Below, piece by piece: positions 18,122 through 27,424 of a stretch of 64,000 nucleotides of DNA. Both the position numbers and the translations under genes were made by a program. Numbering within the stretch: position 1 is the first letter of the stretch; each line of letters starts with the position of its first letter. The DNA is taken from IMG/VR virus record IMGVR_UViG_3300023235_000008, positions 124,001 to 188,000 of that record. One strand, given 5' to 3'. The notes beneath the pieces are model-generated. The model saw only the letters and a list, made by a program, of their open reading frames with translations, did no database searches and had not been told where the DNA came from.

Positions 18122-19298
18122 ATCCCATCGCTTTTGCTATGTGTGGATAAATGTCCGCAAAATCTTGCTTGCGTAATCTATCAGTTGCCTTCATATAGTT
18201 ACAAAATACTTTACCATCGCTGCCCGAACCTGCCTCAATGAAGTTAATAAGTTGTTGCCAGTTTTCATTGTATTGTGGCATGATATGCATACAATGATAC
18301 TTAATGTTATCAACCACTAGCCGTTTGCATTCCGGTGTCATATACTGGACATTCATATGCCATGGGTCGTGCAAATAGTTCCAATGGATTGAATCAAACT
18401 TACCCTCTTCTTCTGCCCACATCAATAACTGGTCAAGATAGAATACGTTTTGTATATTTATAGTGAAACAAAGTTGTCTGGTAAAAGTTGTGCTGTTAAT
18501 CCATGCTTTTTTAATAATAAATGAACGCACTTCATCCCATTTGGCACCATACCGTTCGTATTCAAATCGCTCACCAATATTATCAACAGAATATGCAAAC
18601 TCTACACTCTTAAAATCATATAGAAAATCATAATGGTGGACTTGTGTGCCATTAGTATTATAGTGCAACTCAATCGTATTTTTTACTTCGGTAGGAATAT
18701 TTGACAAGAAATCAATATGTTCTTTAATCATAAATGGTTCACCGCCAGTGAACTCAATGTACTTGATTTGTTCTACCTCAGTCATATTAATAAGGTTATC
18801 CCAAAAATGATGATTATCTTCTGGCCAGCGTCCTAGCTGAAGTTGCTTATATGCTAGATGTTCTTTGCCGCCGCCGTCACGTTCCATTTCTTCTTTAGCC
18901 CATTTCGAACTTGACCAAGAACCACAAATACGACATTTTAGATTACATTTGTTTCCAAGTTTCAAATCAAGAAACCACAAGCTATCGGGTTCAATGTCAG
19001 TGTAATCAATCTTATCCATAAGATGTTTTAGGCGAAATTGGGTATTCATACGCTTAGACATTTTGCCAGCAGATTCTTCTTCCCAACATCTCGAACACGT
19101 TTCGGGTTTCTCGCCATTCAAAAACTGTTGGCGTAGGTCTTTCATATAATCAGATTTATATGCGTCTTCGATAGTGTGTTTACGTAGGTCAATCCCCGGC
19201 ACTTCGTCACGAGCAAGACAGCACGGACGGCATCCGCCCATCGGCGTTGTTTCCATACTAATCCACGGTAACGGGCAAATATTTGGTAGTTTATTCAT
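18114..19298 (-). CDS. Radical SAM enzyme with N-terminal twitch/SPASM-like domain
   Basis: CPLPW…PCC…CSRC; CNLKCRIC; GGEPF. Confidence 0.9.
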   Translation of the reverse strand: MNKLPNICPLPWISMETTPMGGCRPCCLARDEVPGIDLRKHTIEDAYKSDYMKDLRQQFLNGEKPETCSRCWEEESAGKMSKRMNTQFRLKHLMDKIDYTDIEPDSLWFLDLKLGNKCNLKCRICGSWSSSKWAKEEMERDGGGKEHLAYKQLQLGRWPEDNHHFWDNLINMTEVEQIKYIEFTGGEPFMIKEHIDFLSNIPTEVKNTIELHYNTNGTQVHHYDFLYDFKSVEFAYSVDNIGERFEYERYGAKWDEVRSFIIKKAWINSTTFTRQLCFTINIQNVFYLDQLLMWAEEEGKFDSIHWNYLHDPWHMNVQYMTPECKRLVVDNIKYHCMHIMPQYNENWQQLINFIEAGSGSDGKVFCNYMKATDRLRKQDFADIYPHIAKAMGYE

Positions 19299-19531
19299 TT
19301 ATTAAGGTATCCCAAAACGCTGCCTTCTTTGATTTCTTCTTGCGGTCTATGTATATTTTTTTCATAAAAAATCTTCCTGCATTCACAACACGCTATTTCT
19401 TGTTCAATAATCATATATGGTTCTGAATCTTTGATTTTGACTTCTTTGGTTTCTCGGTTTACAACGAAACCGGCACCGCACCCACATCGCAACGGATTAC
19501 TTAAAGCATTCCAAAACTCGTCTTTATTTAT
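19295..19531 (-). CDS. FW-tag zinc-ribbon microprotein with ATA at the expected start
   Basis: ATA-NKDEFWNALSNPLRCGCG…CCEC. Confidence 0.65.
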   Translation of the reverse strand: MNKDEFWNALSNPLRCGCGAGFVVNRETKEVKIKDSEPYMIIEQEIACCECRKIFYEKNIHRPQEEIKEGSVLGYLNK

Positions 19532-20838
19532 TTCCAGTCTTTTAATCTCATTAACTCAGGAAACACATCATAAAAGTGTTCATTTCTTAGTGTATCTAGT
19601 TTACCAATCGTTTCGTTAAACTTGGGGATTAAATATGTATTATCTGTCCCATTCATAAAGTTCAATGCCGATTTAAAACCATTTGTCGCACGATGAAAAT
19701 CATCGCTCGGCTCAATGAATGCGATATGTTCATTGTATATTTCTTCGACTTCCTTCTTCATATCCTGTGGCAAAATATCCATACGGTATTCGTCTGGACC
19801 TTGTAGTATATTGACGTTCCAATCCTTGCCACGTACCAATCCAAGTTTAATCCACTCTCGATGAAAATCAGGAATATGATATGCGTTCATAACACTCATT
19901 GTCGAACTAACATAAAAATCCACATCAGGACAAACCCGCATCATTTCCTCACGATTAAGAACAACCTGTTTCCATTTTGTACCATACCGCATAAGCTCGC
20001 CTCGTTCATACGAAGCATCAAGACTTGCTCCAATACTCACACTGTCAAACTCTTTCCACATTTCAAGAACGTTTTCGCTCTTGTATTTCAACTCAGTAAA
20101 GTTAGTATTATATGATAGTTTAACATCATTTCGCCCTTGGCGCAATAGTTCTTTTAACACCTTATAATGTTCTTCCATCATTAGGGGTTCGCCACCAGCA
20201 AAATATACCTCCTGAATATACGGAATATGTGGCAATAGTTGTTCCCACGCATCGGTTTGATATCGACCAGCGTAAGTAACATTTTCCGCATCCTTTGGCA
20301 ACCAGTTATATTTCTTCTTTTCTTTAACCCATTTCGAACTAAAGATATCACCACACGAACGACATGCTAAGTTACATAGATTTGAAAATCGTATGTCATA
20401 ATAGCGTAGTTTAAAATCACCCGTCGTCCCATCGTTATTAATATCAACGTCTTTAATATTATGACCGAATGACTGATTGGCTGTATTGCGCATACTAAAG
20501 AAACCATTGCGTTCTTGTTCGTAGCATTTAGTGCATTCGTCGCATGATTTTTCATTTACCATATTGCTCCGAATGGTATTCATTTTATCATTATGGAAAA
20601 TCTCTTCCATTGTATTATCTCGCATTGAACCAACAGGGTTTTCGTATGTTGCTAGACAACAAGGATAAGCCTTACCATCTGGATATGCGTGTAGGTGTAC
20701 CCATGGCAACATACAAAACGTCTTACTATCCATAAGTAGCTCACGCTCGGTATCGGTTAACTCTTCTATTTTTATGTTAATAGGGGCACGATTACCATAA
20801 TCGTATTTTGTGTAATAATCGTCCTCGTCTTTACTCAT
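19528..20838 (-). CDS. Radical SAM enzyme with N-terminal twitch/SPASM-like domain
   Basis: FCMLPW…PCC…CTKC; CNLACRSC; GGEPL. Confidence 0.9.
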   Translation of the reverse strand: MSKDEDDYYTKYDYGNRAPINIKIEELTDTERELLMDSKTFCMLPWVHLHAYPDGKAYPCCLATYENPVGSMRDNTMEEIFHNDKMNTIRSNMVNEKSCDECTKCYEQERNGFFSMRNTANQSFGHNIKDVDINNDGTTGDFKLRYYDIRFSNLCNLACRSCGDIFSSKWVKEKKKYNWLPKDAENVTYAGRYQTDAWEQLLPHIPYIQEVYFAGGEPLMMEEHYKVLKELLRQGRNDVKLSYNTNFTELKYKSENVLEMWKEFDSVSIGASLDASYERGELMRYGTKWKQVVLNREEMMRVCPDVDFYVSSTMSVMNAYHIPDFHREWIKLGLVRGKDWNVNILQGPDEYRMDILPQDMKKEVEEIYNEHIAFIEPSDDFHRATNGFKSALNFMNGTDNTYLIPKFNETIGKLDTLRNEHFYDVFPELMRLKDWK

Positions 20839-21113
20839 CTAAACTTTCCATTTATTCTAAACTTATAATCATTATACCATTTACTCCCACACCGCTCACA
20901 TGTTGGCTGAAGGGTGCCCATGTCAGGTTGTTTTTGATGCCACGTCCAATCATTCGGGTATTTTGGTTGTGCTTTGTATACAGTATACGGAAAAGTAAAT
21001 ATCGGATGACCGTTTTCGCACTCAGCCGTTTCACCACCATACGCATATACCTTACTATGGTCTATTGACAATGCTTCAATAAAAGATTCTTTGCTTATAG
21101 CGTTTTGTACCAC
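20835..21113 (-). CDS. Tag-variant zinc-ribbon microprotein (start GTG 21113 or ATA 21098)
   Basis: SKESFIEAL…CENGH…CERCG. Confidence 0.65.
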   Translation of the reverse strand: MVQNAISKESFIEALSIDHSKVYAYGGETAECENGHPIFTFPYTVYKAQPKYPNDWTWHQKQPDMGTLQPTCERCGSKWYNDYKFRINGKFR

Positions 21114-22432
21114 GTGACAAGTTCCTCTGGAAATGTTTCTTCAAATAGTTTACCGCGGCGAATGTCATACTGTGTATAAAACTGTTTGAAATCGTGCTGC
21201 CTTGCTTCTACATCAATGGGGGCTGGTTCTCGTAGATAATCAATCAATCGTTCAATGTGATCTATTTCATGTGCGTGTAATAGTTTTGGGTCTTGTTTCA
21301 TTAACCATCCACCAAGGGCTGCACGGCGGGTTGAACGGATTTCTTCGGGAAGAACCAAGCAAGATTGAAAGCTCGGGAATCTAAGTATATTTAGTGTAAA
21401 ACTAGGTTGTTTACCCACAATCCAATGCTTTTGTCTTAACATAATAAGATGGTCAAGCATATCAGTTAGTGTCCACAAACACAATGCATTAACCGTGCAC
21501 ATAACACTGACATCATTGAATGTGCCATCGGCAAGAAGCGCATCCAAGCGTGATGTCCACTGATCGTAATCCAATCCATCACGAATATATTCGGCGTGTG
21601 CGTCTGTCGCTTCGCAACTAGTATACAATGTGCCGAAGTTAATAACATAATCATTGATAAGTCTATTAAATAATACGTCCGAACATCCAAGGTTTGAGTT
21701 CATTGAAATAGGTGGATACTTGAAAACGCTATCAGCACTATTTTTATAATCAGCATAAATCATATCAAGCAGTTTCCAAAAGTCCTGCGACATGGTTGGT
21801 TCACCGCCCGTAATACGCAACTCCTGCAACGATCCCTTTAAGTCGCTTTCCCACCACTTAAAGAACGCATCGACATATTGATTTGGTTCACCTACCTTGA
21901 AAGGTTGTGAAGCAGCATGTGTATGCGTAAAGTGATTGCGTCCGTCAGTTACTAAGCCTTCGTATGGACCGTTTTCTTTGATATCTTTTGCCCACGTTGT
22001 AGAAAACGCAGGGTTACAATACGAACAAGCAAAGTTACAAGTACGATCAAATGATATCTCTAGCGTCTTTAAGTCAACGTCTTGTTGTGGATTTGTTTTG
22101 TATGCAGTAAGGTTTTCCGACCAATCATAAATCTTTGATTTGTATACACGGTCAGGAACAGCATCAGTTTCCATATCCATCACTTTCCAACAGTAGTCGC
22201 AACCTTTAGGACGTTCACCACGCACCATTAACTCACGGTCGTGTTTCTTTTCCTTGGTGTTATGTAATAGCTTTGGATTGTTTACAACATCGTCAGATAT
22301 TTGATGTGCAGGGGGATGGTGACACGATGTAGTTTGACCGCTGCCTAACCATATAGTAGCGTTATACCATTTCGCCGAACAAAAGCTTGGCGATAGTTTA
22401 TCCAATACTTTTTTGTAATCTTTATCGTTCAC
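21095..22432 (-). CDS. Radical SAM enzyme with N-terminal twitch/SPASM-like domain
   Basis: FCSAKW…SCHHP…CDYCW; CNFACSYC; GGEPT. Confidence 0.9.
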   Translation of the reverse strand: MNDKDYKKVLDKLSPSFCSAKWYNATIWLGSGQTTSCHHPPAHQISDDVVNNPKLLHNTKEKKHDRELMVRGERPKGCDYCWKVMDMETDAVPDRVYKSKIYDWSENLTAYKTNPQQDVDLKTLEISFDRTCNFACSYCNPAFSTTWAKDIKENGPYEGLVTDGRNHFTHTHAASQPFKVGEPNQYVDAFFKWWESDLKGSLQELRITGGEPTMSQDFWKLLDMIYADYKNSADSVFKYPPISMNSNLGCSDVLFNRLINDYVINFGTLYTSCEATDAHAEYIRDGLDYDQWTSRLDALLADGTFNDVSVMCTVNALCLWTLTDMLDHLIMLRQKHWIVGKQPSFTLNILRFPSFQSCLVLPEEIRSTRRAALGGWLMKQDPKLLHAHEIDHIERLIDYLREPAPIDVEARQHDFKQFYTQYDIRRGKLFEETFPEELVTWYKTL

Positions 22433-22679
22433 TGAACATTATTCCAATCCGTTTCTGTTCTTTTTTGTATTGTAGAACGCTATGAAAATGGCTTTTCCAC
22501 GATTCTTGTTTTTCAGGATCGCTTACAATCTCGTCACAATCCTTACAAACTTCACATAACTTATAAATCATATACAGCTTTTTTTGTTTGCCTACCGTAA
22601 CTGTTGTGTTGGCGGCTTTGATGAGGATTGTAGGATGAATGCATTTAGTCAAACCATTCCAAAACTGTTCCTTATCCAT
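22422..22679 (-). CDS. FW-tag Cys-containing microprotein
   Basis: MDKEQFWNGLTKCIH…CEVCKDC. Confidence 0.75.
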   Translation of the reverse strand: MDKEQFWNGLTKCIHPTILIKAANTTVTVGKQKKLYMIYKLCEVCKDCDEIVSDPEKQESWKSHFHSVLQYKKEQKRIGIMFSER

Positions 22680-22788
22680 AAGGTTCCCATTCTTCACCAG
22701 TGAAAATCAACAATCCTTTTTCTTCGTCGTGGATTATTTCACCTTCAAATGGCACTACTGGCGGTGGCGAGGGCGTATCATCTGTCAT
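22672..22788 (-). CDS. 38-aa microprotein consisting of one tail-fibre-type motif (not in ORF track)
   Basis: MTDDTPSPPPVVPFEGEIIHDEEKGLLIFTGEEWEPYG; overlaps both neighbours. Confidence 0.65.
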   Translation of the reverse strand: MTDDTPSPPPVVPFEGEIIHDEEKGLLIFTGEEWEPYG

Positions 22789-24142
22789 ATTTGTTGCTCC
22801 TATACATACAATCATCCCAGAACTCAATCATCTCTGGAAACGTTTCTAAGAAGTTAGTGCCCCTACGGTTATCGTGTTCATTGAAGAATCGATAGAAGTT
22901 AACACGTGCTTCATTTAAATCTTTCTCGCCCATAGGAGTTTTCATATGGTCAAGGTTTCTCACCATCTTGGCAGCTTCGTAATCCTTGAATCCATCATAA
23001 CAAGTAGGACAAGACTCTGGACTATTACCTAAGTATTTTACCATATTTTCAAGCTGAAATCTATATGATTCGGGCAATATTTGAATCGATTGCCATACTG
23101 GATCAGTAAGAACTGGGATGTCAAACCACACACGCTGATAATCGTTGCTGTAAATCTTACGAAGACCAAGGATAGCGGTAAACAACTCAGGGAGACTAGT
23201 GATACTAAGGTTATTTAGGGTAATAATAAATGTAACACTATTCCTATGTGGAATGTCGTGTAAGAATGTATTGACGTTATCCCATAAACGATTGAAGTCA
23301 AGCCCGTGTCGAATATACTCAGCCTTTGAACCAAATGCATCCAATGAAACAAACTGCATAAAATGTTCTACATTCTCGCCGTCGCAAATACGTTTCGTAT
23401 AATCCATATACTTGTCAAAGATTTTAGGCTCTACACTAAAGTTGCTCGTTACGTTTAAGTGAAGGTCTGGTTTTGGATTTTCTAAAACATAGTCAAATAC
23501 TTTATAGGTGTTCGGGTCCATTAATGGTTCACCTCCTGTCATTCTGAAATGACGCAATGTTGGATACATTGCTGCCCAATCTTCCCAAAACTTTTCTACA
23601 TATGGATTATGTTCACGTTGTGGGATTGGGCGACGGTCACCAGCAAAATGCGCAGGATGGTTGTGCGGGGTAATGGTTGGCCACGCACCTTGTGATTTTG
23701 TTTCTGCCATCCATGATGAACTATATTGTGGCGAACAATAGCTACACTTTAAGTTACAGGCGTTATTAAAGTTCACCTCAACATACGATGGATTGACAAC
23801 GCCGCCCGCAACAACCTTATCAAAGTTATCCATTGCCCAAGGCTCACCACTACGATAGTGACGGTCTGACAGATTTCCTTGGTCTTCCATCTTCCAGCAA
23901 TAATCACAACCAGTAGGTCGCTTACCCGCAACCATCATTTGCTTTTGGATATCTTTTTCGGATGTTTCGTTTAACGTTTCACGTTTCAAATCCATCTTGT
24001 GCGGTGGCGGATGATAACATGAGTTAGTATGACCTGTTGTTAGGTGAAGGCTGGTTTGTAACCATTTAGCCAAGCAGAATGTTTCGGAAACATCGTCCAG
24101 TTTCTTCTTGGCGTGTAATGCATCGTCGTTATAGTTACTCAC
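22778..24142 (-). CDS. Radical SAM enzyme with N-terminal twitch/SPASM-like domain
   Basis: FCLAKW…SCYHP…CDYCW; CNLKCSYC; GGEPL. Confidence 0.9.
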   Translation of the reverse strand: MSNYNDDALHAKKKLDDVSETFCLAKWLQTSLHLTTGHTNSCYHPPPHKMDLKRETLNETSEKDIQKQMMVAGKRPTGCDYCWKMEDQGNLSDRHYRSGEPWAMDNFDKVVAGGVVNPSYVEVNFNNACNLKCSYCSPQYSSSWMAETKSQGAWPTITPHNHPAHFAGDRRPIPQREHNPYVEKFWEDWAAMYPTLRHFRMTGGEPLMDPNTYKVFDYVLENPKPDLHLNVTSNFSVEPKIFDKYMDYTKRICDGENVEHFMQFVSLDAFGSKAEYIRHGLDFNRLWDNVNTFLHDIPHRNSVTFIITLNNLSITSLPELFTAILGLRKIYSNDYQRVWFDIPVLTDPVWQSIQILPESYRFQLENMVKYLGNSPESCPTCYDGFKDYEAAKMVRNLDHMKTPMGEKDLNEARVNFYRFFNEHDNRRGTNFLETFPEMIEFWDDCMYRSNKYDR

Positions 24143-25053
24143 CAGTTCTCCCGCTTTCTGATTATATCAATCTCGGTTGTCATAAAGTCTTCCTGTACGT
24201 GATTCTTTTTATAGAAGTGTTTAAAAAACTTTGATTGGTCACTATCATATCGCACCAATGGGATATTCAATCGTGACTTAACAATATCAATGGTTGCTTT
24301 GATATATCTATCATCGTTATTATTCGCATAACCATCGTATTGCATTTTCAATACGTCGAAGTCTTGAACGCCCGTATAATCCCAATCGGTTAGCATAACG
24401 GCGTGTAATCCGAATAAAGCACCATCCATTGCTGAAACACCAAACTCGGCGTCGGCTCCTGTATTCAACCATACCATAAGATTATCAAGGTTCTTATCGT
24501 GAACCATTTGCTCAAACTCTGGTAGTGTAGGACGAACACCTTTATTCAGACACATCTTTACGCCTTCACGAAACCCTGCTCTCCAAGCATTGAACTCACT
24601 TTGATTGGGATGCGTAGTTCCGTAAACATTCCACATAGCGTGATAGTTAGGGTCATAGCAAAACTCTACGTTGTTTTCATCTGACCCATCACTATTTTCG
24701 TGCGTTCGCATATTCATAATGAAATCACGATGCCAAATACTAATACCGCCGTTGCCGTATCTCAATCCATTTATTGCATTGATTGCCTTCCAACGATATG
24801 CACTTGGTACATCAGGTGCTTCAAATGTTTGATTAAAGAAGTTTGGATCAGGCATATGGTCACCATCAATCAACACAAACCATTCGGTTTCACTGATTTC
24901 AGCTGCCGCTTTGTGTGCGGAATCACTGCCTTTTACACCATCGACACGATTTGCCCATGGCACCATATTCTGGATTTCTACCCAAAACTCTTCTTTTTTT
25001 GGTTCGTCAAATGTTAGATAGACCACATCAAGGTCTGCAACATCAATCTTCAT
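24139..25053 (-). CDS. GT-A fold glycosyltransferase-like protein
   Basis: GVKGSDSAHKAAA, DxD motif IDGD, NGLRYGNGG, AWRAGFREGVKM. Confidence 0.7.
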   Translation of the reverse strand: MKIDVADLDVVYLTFDEPKKEEFWVEIQNMVPWANRVDGVKGSDSAHKAAAEISETEWFVLIDGDHMPDPNFFNQTFEAPDVPSAYRWKAINAINGLRYGNGGISIWHRDFIMNMRTHENSDGSDENNVEFCYDPNYHAMWNVYGTTHPNQSEFNAWRAGFREGVKMCLNKGVRPTLPEFEQMVHDKNLDNLMVWLNTGADAEFGVSAMDGALFGLHAVMLTDWDYTGVQDFDVLKMQYDGYANNNDDRYIKATIDIVKSRLNIPLVRYDSDQSKFFKHFYKKNHVQEDFMTTEIDIIRKRENW

Positions 25054-25222
25054 ATTCTACCCAAAAGTCTTTTTCAAAATCAAACGTATATTGAATGTCG
25101 GTAGTAGTATCTCGGTATACGTGAATACCAATGCCGATATTCTTGTCTGCCTGTAAATAACTCTTATTAGGCTGCGGTGGCATTTGTAATACTTGCCAAA
25201 ACTTATCTCTGCTTATGTTCAA
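25043..25222 (-). CDS. FW-tag microprotein (PPQP class)
   Basis: SRDKFWQVLQMPPQP…FEKDFWVE; TTG start assumed. Confidence 0.7.
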   Translation of the reverse strand: MNISRDKFWQVLQMPPQPNKSYLQADKNIGIGIHVYRDTTTDIQYTFDFEKDFWVEYED

Positions 25223-25400
25223 TCCATTTATCCTTTTCATAATTAAAAACCCATTTTAAACCCGTCTGTATATCTACCCAAATAGTAACCATAGGAAGTT
25301 CTTTATTATATATACCGAGCTGATATACCGTCAACATACTTTCTTCGCTCGGCTGTGGGGGTTCGCCTAACCCTTCCCAAAAATCTTCTTTACTTAACAC
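25203..25400 (-). CDS. FW-tag microprotein (PPQP class)
   Basis: GTG-LSKEDFWEGLGEPPQP…YEKDKWIE. Confidence 0.7.
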   Translation of the reverse strand: MLSKEDFWEGLGEPPQPSEESMLTVYQLGIYNKELPMVTIWVDIQTGLKWVFNYEKDKWIEHKQR

Positions 25401-25539
25401 AAATCCATTCTTTTCCATTCCAAATCTCCAATCCACCTGTGTCGTTGTTATAAAATACGGAACCCACTGGGCGGGTCGGCGGTGGTGCCTTCAATGCTTC
25501 CCAAAAATCTTCTTTATTCAAAGTCTTTTCGGTATTCAT
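25390..25539 (-). CDS. FW-tag microprotein carrying a tail-fibre-type motif
   Basis: LNKEDFWEALKAPPPTRPVGSVFYNNDTGGLEIWNGKEW. Confidence 0.75.
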   Translation of the reverse strand: MNTEKTLNKEDFWEALKAPPPTRPVGSVFYNNDTGGLEIWNGKEWICVK

Positions 25540-25861
25540 AGAAGTCTTCGGTGCCGATGAAGTATGGGTTATTTTTTCTAGTGCCATACATTCCAGTCTC
25601 CGATTTGACAAGGTTGTATGTTTGTGGCTTAGATGGCGTTTTAATCTCGCCATCAATGATTTTATTATCACTTCTTATACTTTCCCATACGCTGCGCTCA
25701 ACGATAATGAAATCACCTTCGGGTGGTTCAACATTGTATTCAATAGCGACTTGTTTAAGGATATCGCCAGTTTCCTTGTTATAGTATAACCTATATTCAG
25801 GCGTAAAGTCAATAACTGGTTCAGCATCAAATAGAACTAATCCTTCTAAAAAGTTACTCAA
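25514..25861 (-). CDS. Hypothetical protein (EYRLYYNKETG motif)
   Basis: ORF in operon; TTG start at 25861 assumed from overlap. Confidence 0.65.
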   Translation of the reverse strand: MSNFLEGLVLFDAEPVIDFTPEYRLYYNKETGDILKQVAIEYNVEPPEGDFIIVERSVWESIRSDNKIIDGEIKTPSKPQTYNLVKSETGMYGTRKNNPYFIGTEDFYEYRKDFE

Positions 25862-25997
25862 AATCTTCCTCTCTATATTCTTCTCCAAATATCTCTTTTA
25901 ATCCCGGCATTAACTGTCGCAATACAGCAGCACGGCGAATAGCCTCTTTACTTTTCACTGGATTTTTTAAAGTTTTCCAAAACTCATGTTTATTCAT
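25854..25997 (-). CDS. FW-tag microprotein carrying a capsid-N-terminus-like peptide (47 aa, not in ORF track)
   Basis: MNKHEFWKTLKNPVKSKEAIRRAAVLRQLMPGLKEIFGEEYREEDFE. Confidence 0.75.
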   Translation of the reverse strand: MNKHEFWKTLKNPVKSKEAIRRAAVLRQLMPGLKEIFGEEYREEDFE

Positions 25998-26185
25998 TTC
26001 TTGTTCCATTCCCAGTGCTTACGATCTCCCGTTGCACTCACTAATATACTCACACAATCCACGTGTCCCGGCGCTGTTGCGTGTTTACAACTAAAACACG
26101 TTTTATCGTTTCCTAATAGAAACCAAAACTAGTTATCGTTTCCTAATAGAAACCAAAACTCTTCTTTACTACAATCGTTGTTCGT
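25994..26185 (-). pseudogene. Inactivated FW-tag CxxC/WxW microgene
   Basis: ACG-NNDCSKEEFWFLLGNDN*FWFLLGNDKTCFSCKH…C…WEWNKK; ACG at the start position and a TAG created by a duplication. Confidence 0.75.
26103..26160. repeat. 28-bp exact tandem duplication (period 30)
   Basis: ttatcgtttcctaatagaaaccaaaact at 26103-26130 and 26133-26160. Confidence 0.95.
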
Positions 26186-27020
26186 ATCGTCTGATGAGTT
26201 CGTCACTGCAAAAATCCTTCTGTTGATAATGGAATGGAAACATTTGATAGTATCCTCCCACAATAAAATCCATATCTTCCGTCAACGCCCAACTCACCAT
26301 ATCCGTCCACTGATTGGAATGAAAGCCCTGTAGTTCTGGCTTCATATGAACAAAGGTCGGTTGAACACCCGGCATATAACAACGTTCTTCACCAATCATC
26401 AATGCAGCTAACGCATATACTTCATCGGTTGTTGGGCGTTCAATACGGCAGTTCTTTAAAATATTATCCCGATACATTGACCAGTTCTCAAATATTTCTT
26501 TAGCCGCCATAAAAAAGTCAGCCATTGTCTTTGAATATCTGAAATAACTAAAACCATTATATGTATTTAGAAGGCTGTTATCATCGAATACTTTTCGGAA
26601 TCGGCGGTCAGTAATAAGGTTGCCACGATAATCAACTACGTCCGTAGTTATACAAATATCCTTGGCTCTCATATGATCCCACCAATGTGAAACATCACGT
26701 GTGAAAATCATATCAACATCAAGGTTAACTGTCTCTTTAAATGGCGTAGCGTGGTACAGTTTCCAAGCATTAGCCAACTTCCATTCATCGCCAGCAGCGG
26801 CGTCACCGAAAGGTATATCAACAATGTAATCAAATACTTTGCGATGTTTATCGGTGATTTGCGCTTTAGTCTTTTCATCAACGGCGATAGCATACTTGTT
26901 AATGCGTTGTGTTGCCTTGATAGAAAGGGCTTGTAAATATGCTATACGCAAGTAATCAACATCGCTGTTCTGAACAAAAGCAAAATATCCTTGCTGGTCT
27001 TTGAACTGTTCTTTATTCAT
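26169..27020 (-). CDS. GT8-like glycosyltransferase
   Basis: TPFKETVNLDVDMIF (DxD), TTDEVYALA, FVHMK, FHYQQK. Confidence 0.75.
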   Translation of the reverse strand: MNKEQFKDQQGYFAFVQNSDVDYLRIAYLQALSIKATQRINKYAIAVDEKTKAQITDKHRKVFDYIVDIPFGDAAAGDEWKLANAWKLYHATPFKETVNLDVDMIFTRDVSHWWDHMRAKDICITTDVVDYRGNLITDRRFRKVFDDNSLLNTYNGFSYFRYSKTMADFFMAAKEIFENWSMYRDNILKNCRIERPTTDEVYALAALMIGEERCYMPGVQPTFVHMKPELQGFHSNQWTDMVSWALTEDMDFIVGGYYQMFPFHYQQKDFCSDELIRRYEQRL

Positions 27021-27216
27021 TGTTCCATTCCCATTTATCATTGCCGCCAGCTTGACGTTGATCTACCATACCGCATCTAGTGCATCTATCGCACACGTCA
27101 AGATCATTGTAGTCCGCATCCCTCCCGATAATATGCAAAGTATCTTCCCATTTACAGTTGCCGCATACTCTTTCAGCAGGTTCACATAAAGTTTTCCAAA
27201 ACTCCTGTTTATTCAT
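27013..27216 (-). CDS. FW-tag microprotein, CxxC/WxW class
   Basis: MNKQEFWKTLCEP…CGNC…CDRCTRC…WEWNNE. Confidence 0.8.
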   Translation of the reverse strand: MNKQEFWKTLCEPAERVCGNCKWEDTLHIIGRDADYNDLDVCDRCTRCGMVDQRQAGGNDKWEWNNE

Positions 27217-27424
27217 TTTCACCATCCCAATGCCAATGGTCAGCTGCTCGTCTGATTTCCCGCGGGGGTATACCCGATATAGCACGAACGCAAGTATACT
27301 TAACGTGTAGACTACATTCCATGCCAAGGCTAGGTCCAGCGTCCATCATATGCGAACAGTTATTACACGTATGTGTCGATGGTTCACGCAGTGTGTCCCA
27401 AAACTTTTCTTTATCTTTATTCAT
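27209..27424 (-). CDS. FW-tag microprotein, CxxC/WxW class
   Basis: MNKDKEKFWDTLREP…CNNC…C…C…WHWDGENE. Confidence 0.8.
   Translation of the reverse strand: MNKDKEKFWDTLREPSTHTCNNCSHMMDAGPSLGMECSLHVKYTCVRAISGIPPREIRRAADHWHWDGENE

Noticed and set aside
26129-26131. In-frame TAG suggesting stop-codon reassignment
   Set aside because: The TAG arises at a duplication junction. Long genes are intact in the standard code, TAG ends normal genes (e.g. at 26169), and no CTA-anticodon tRNA is in the window.
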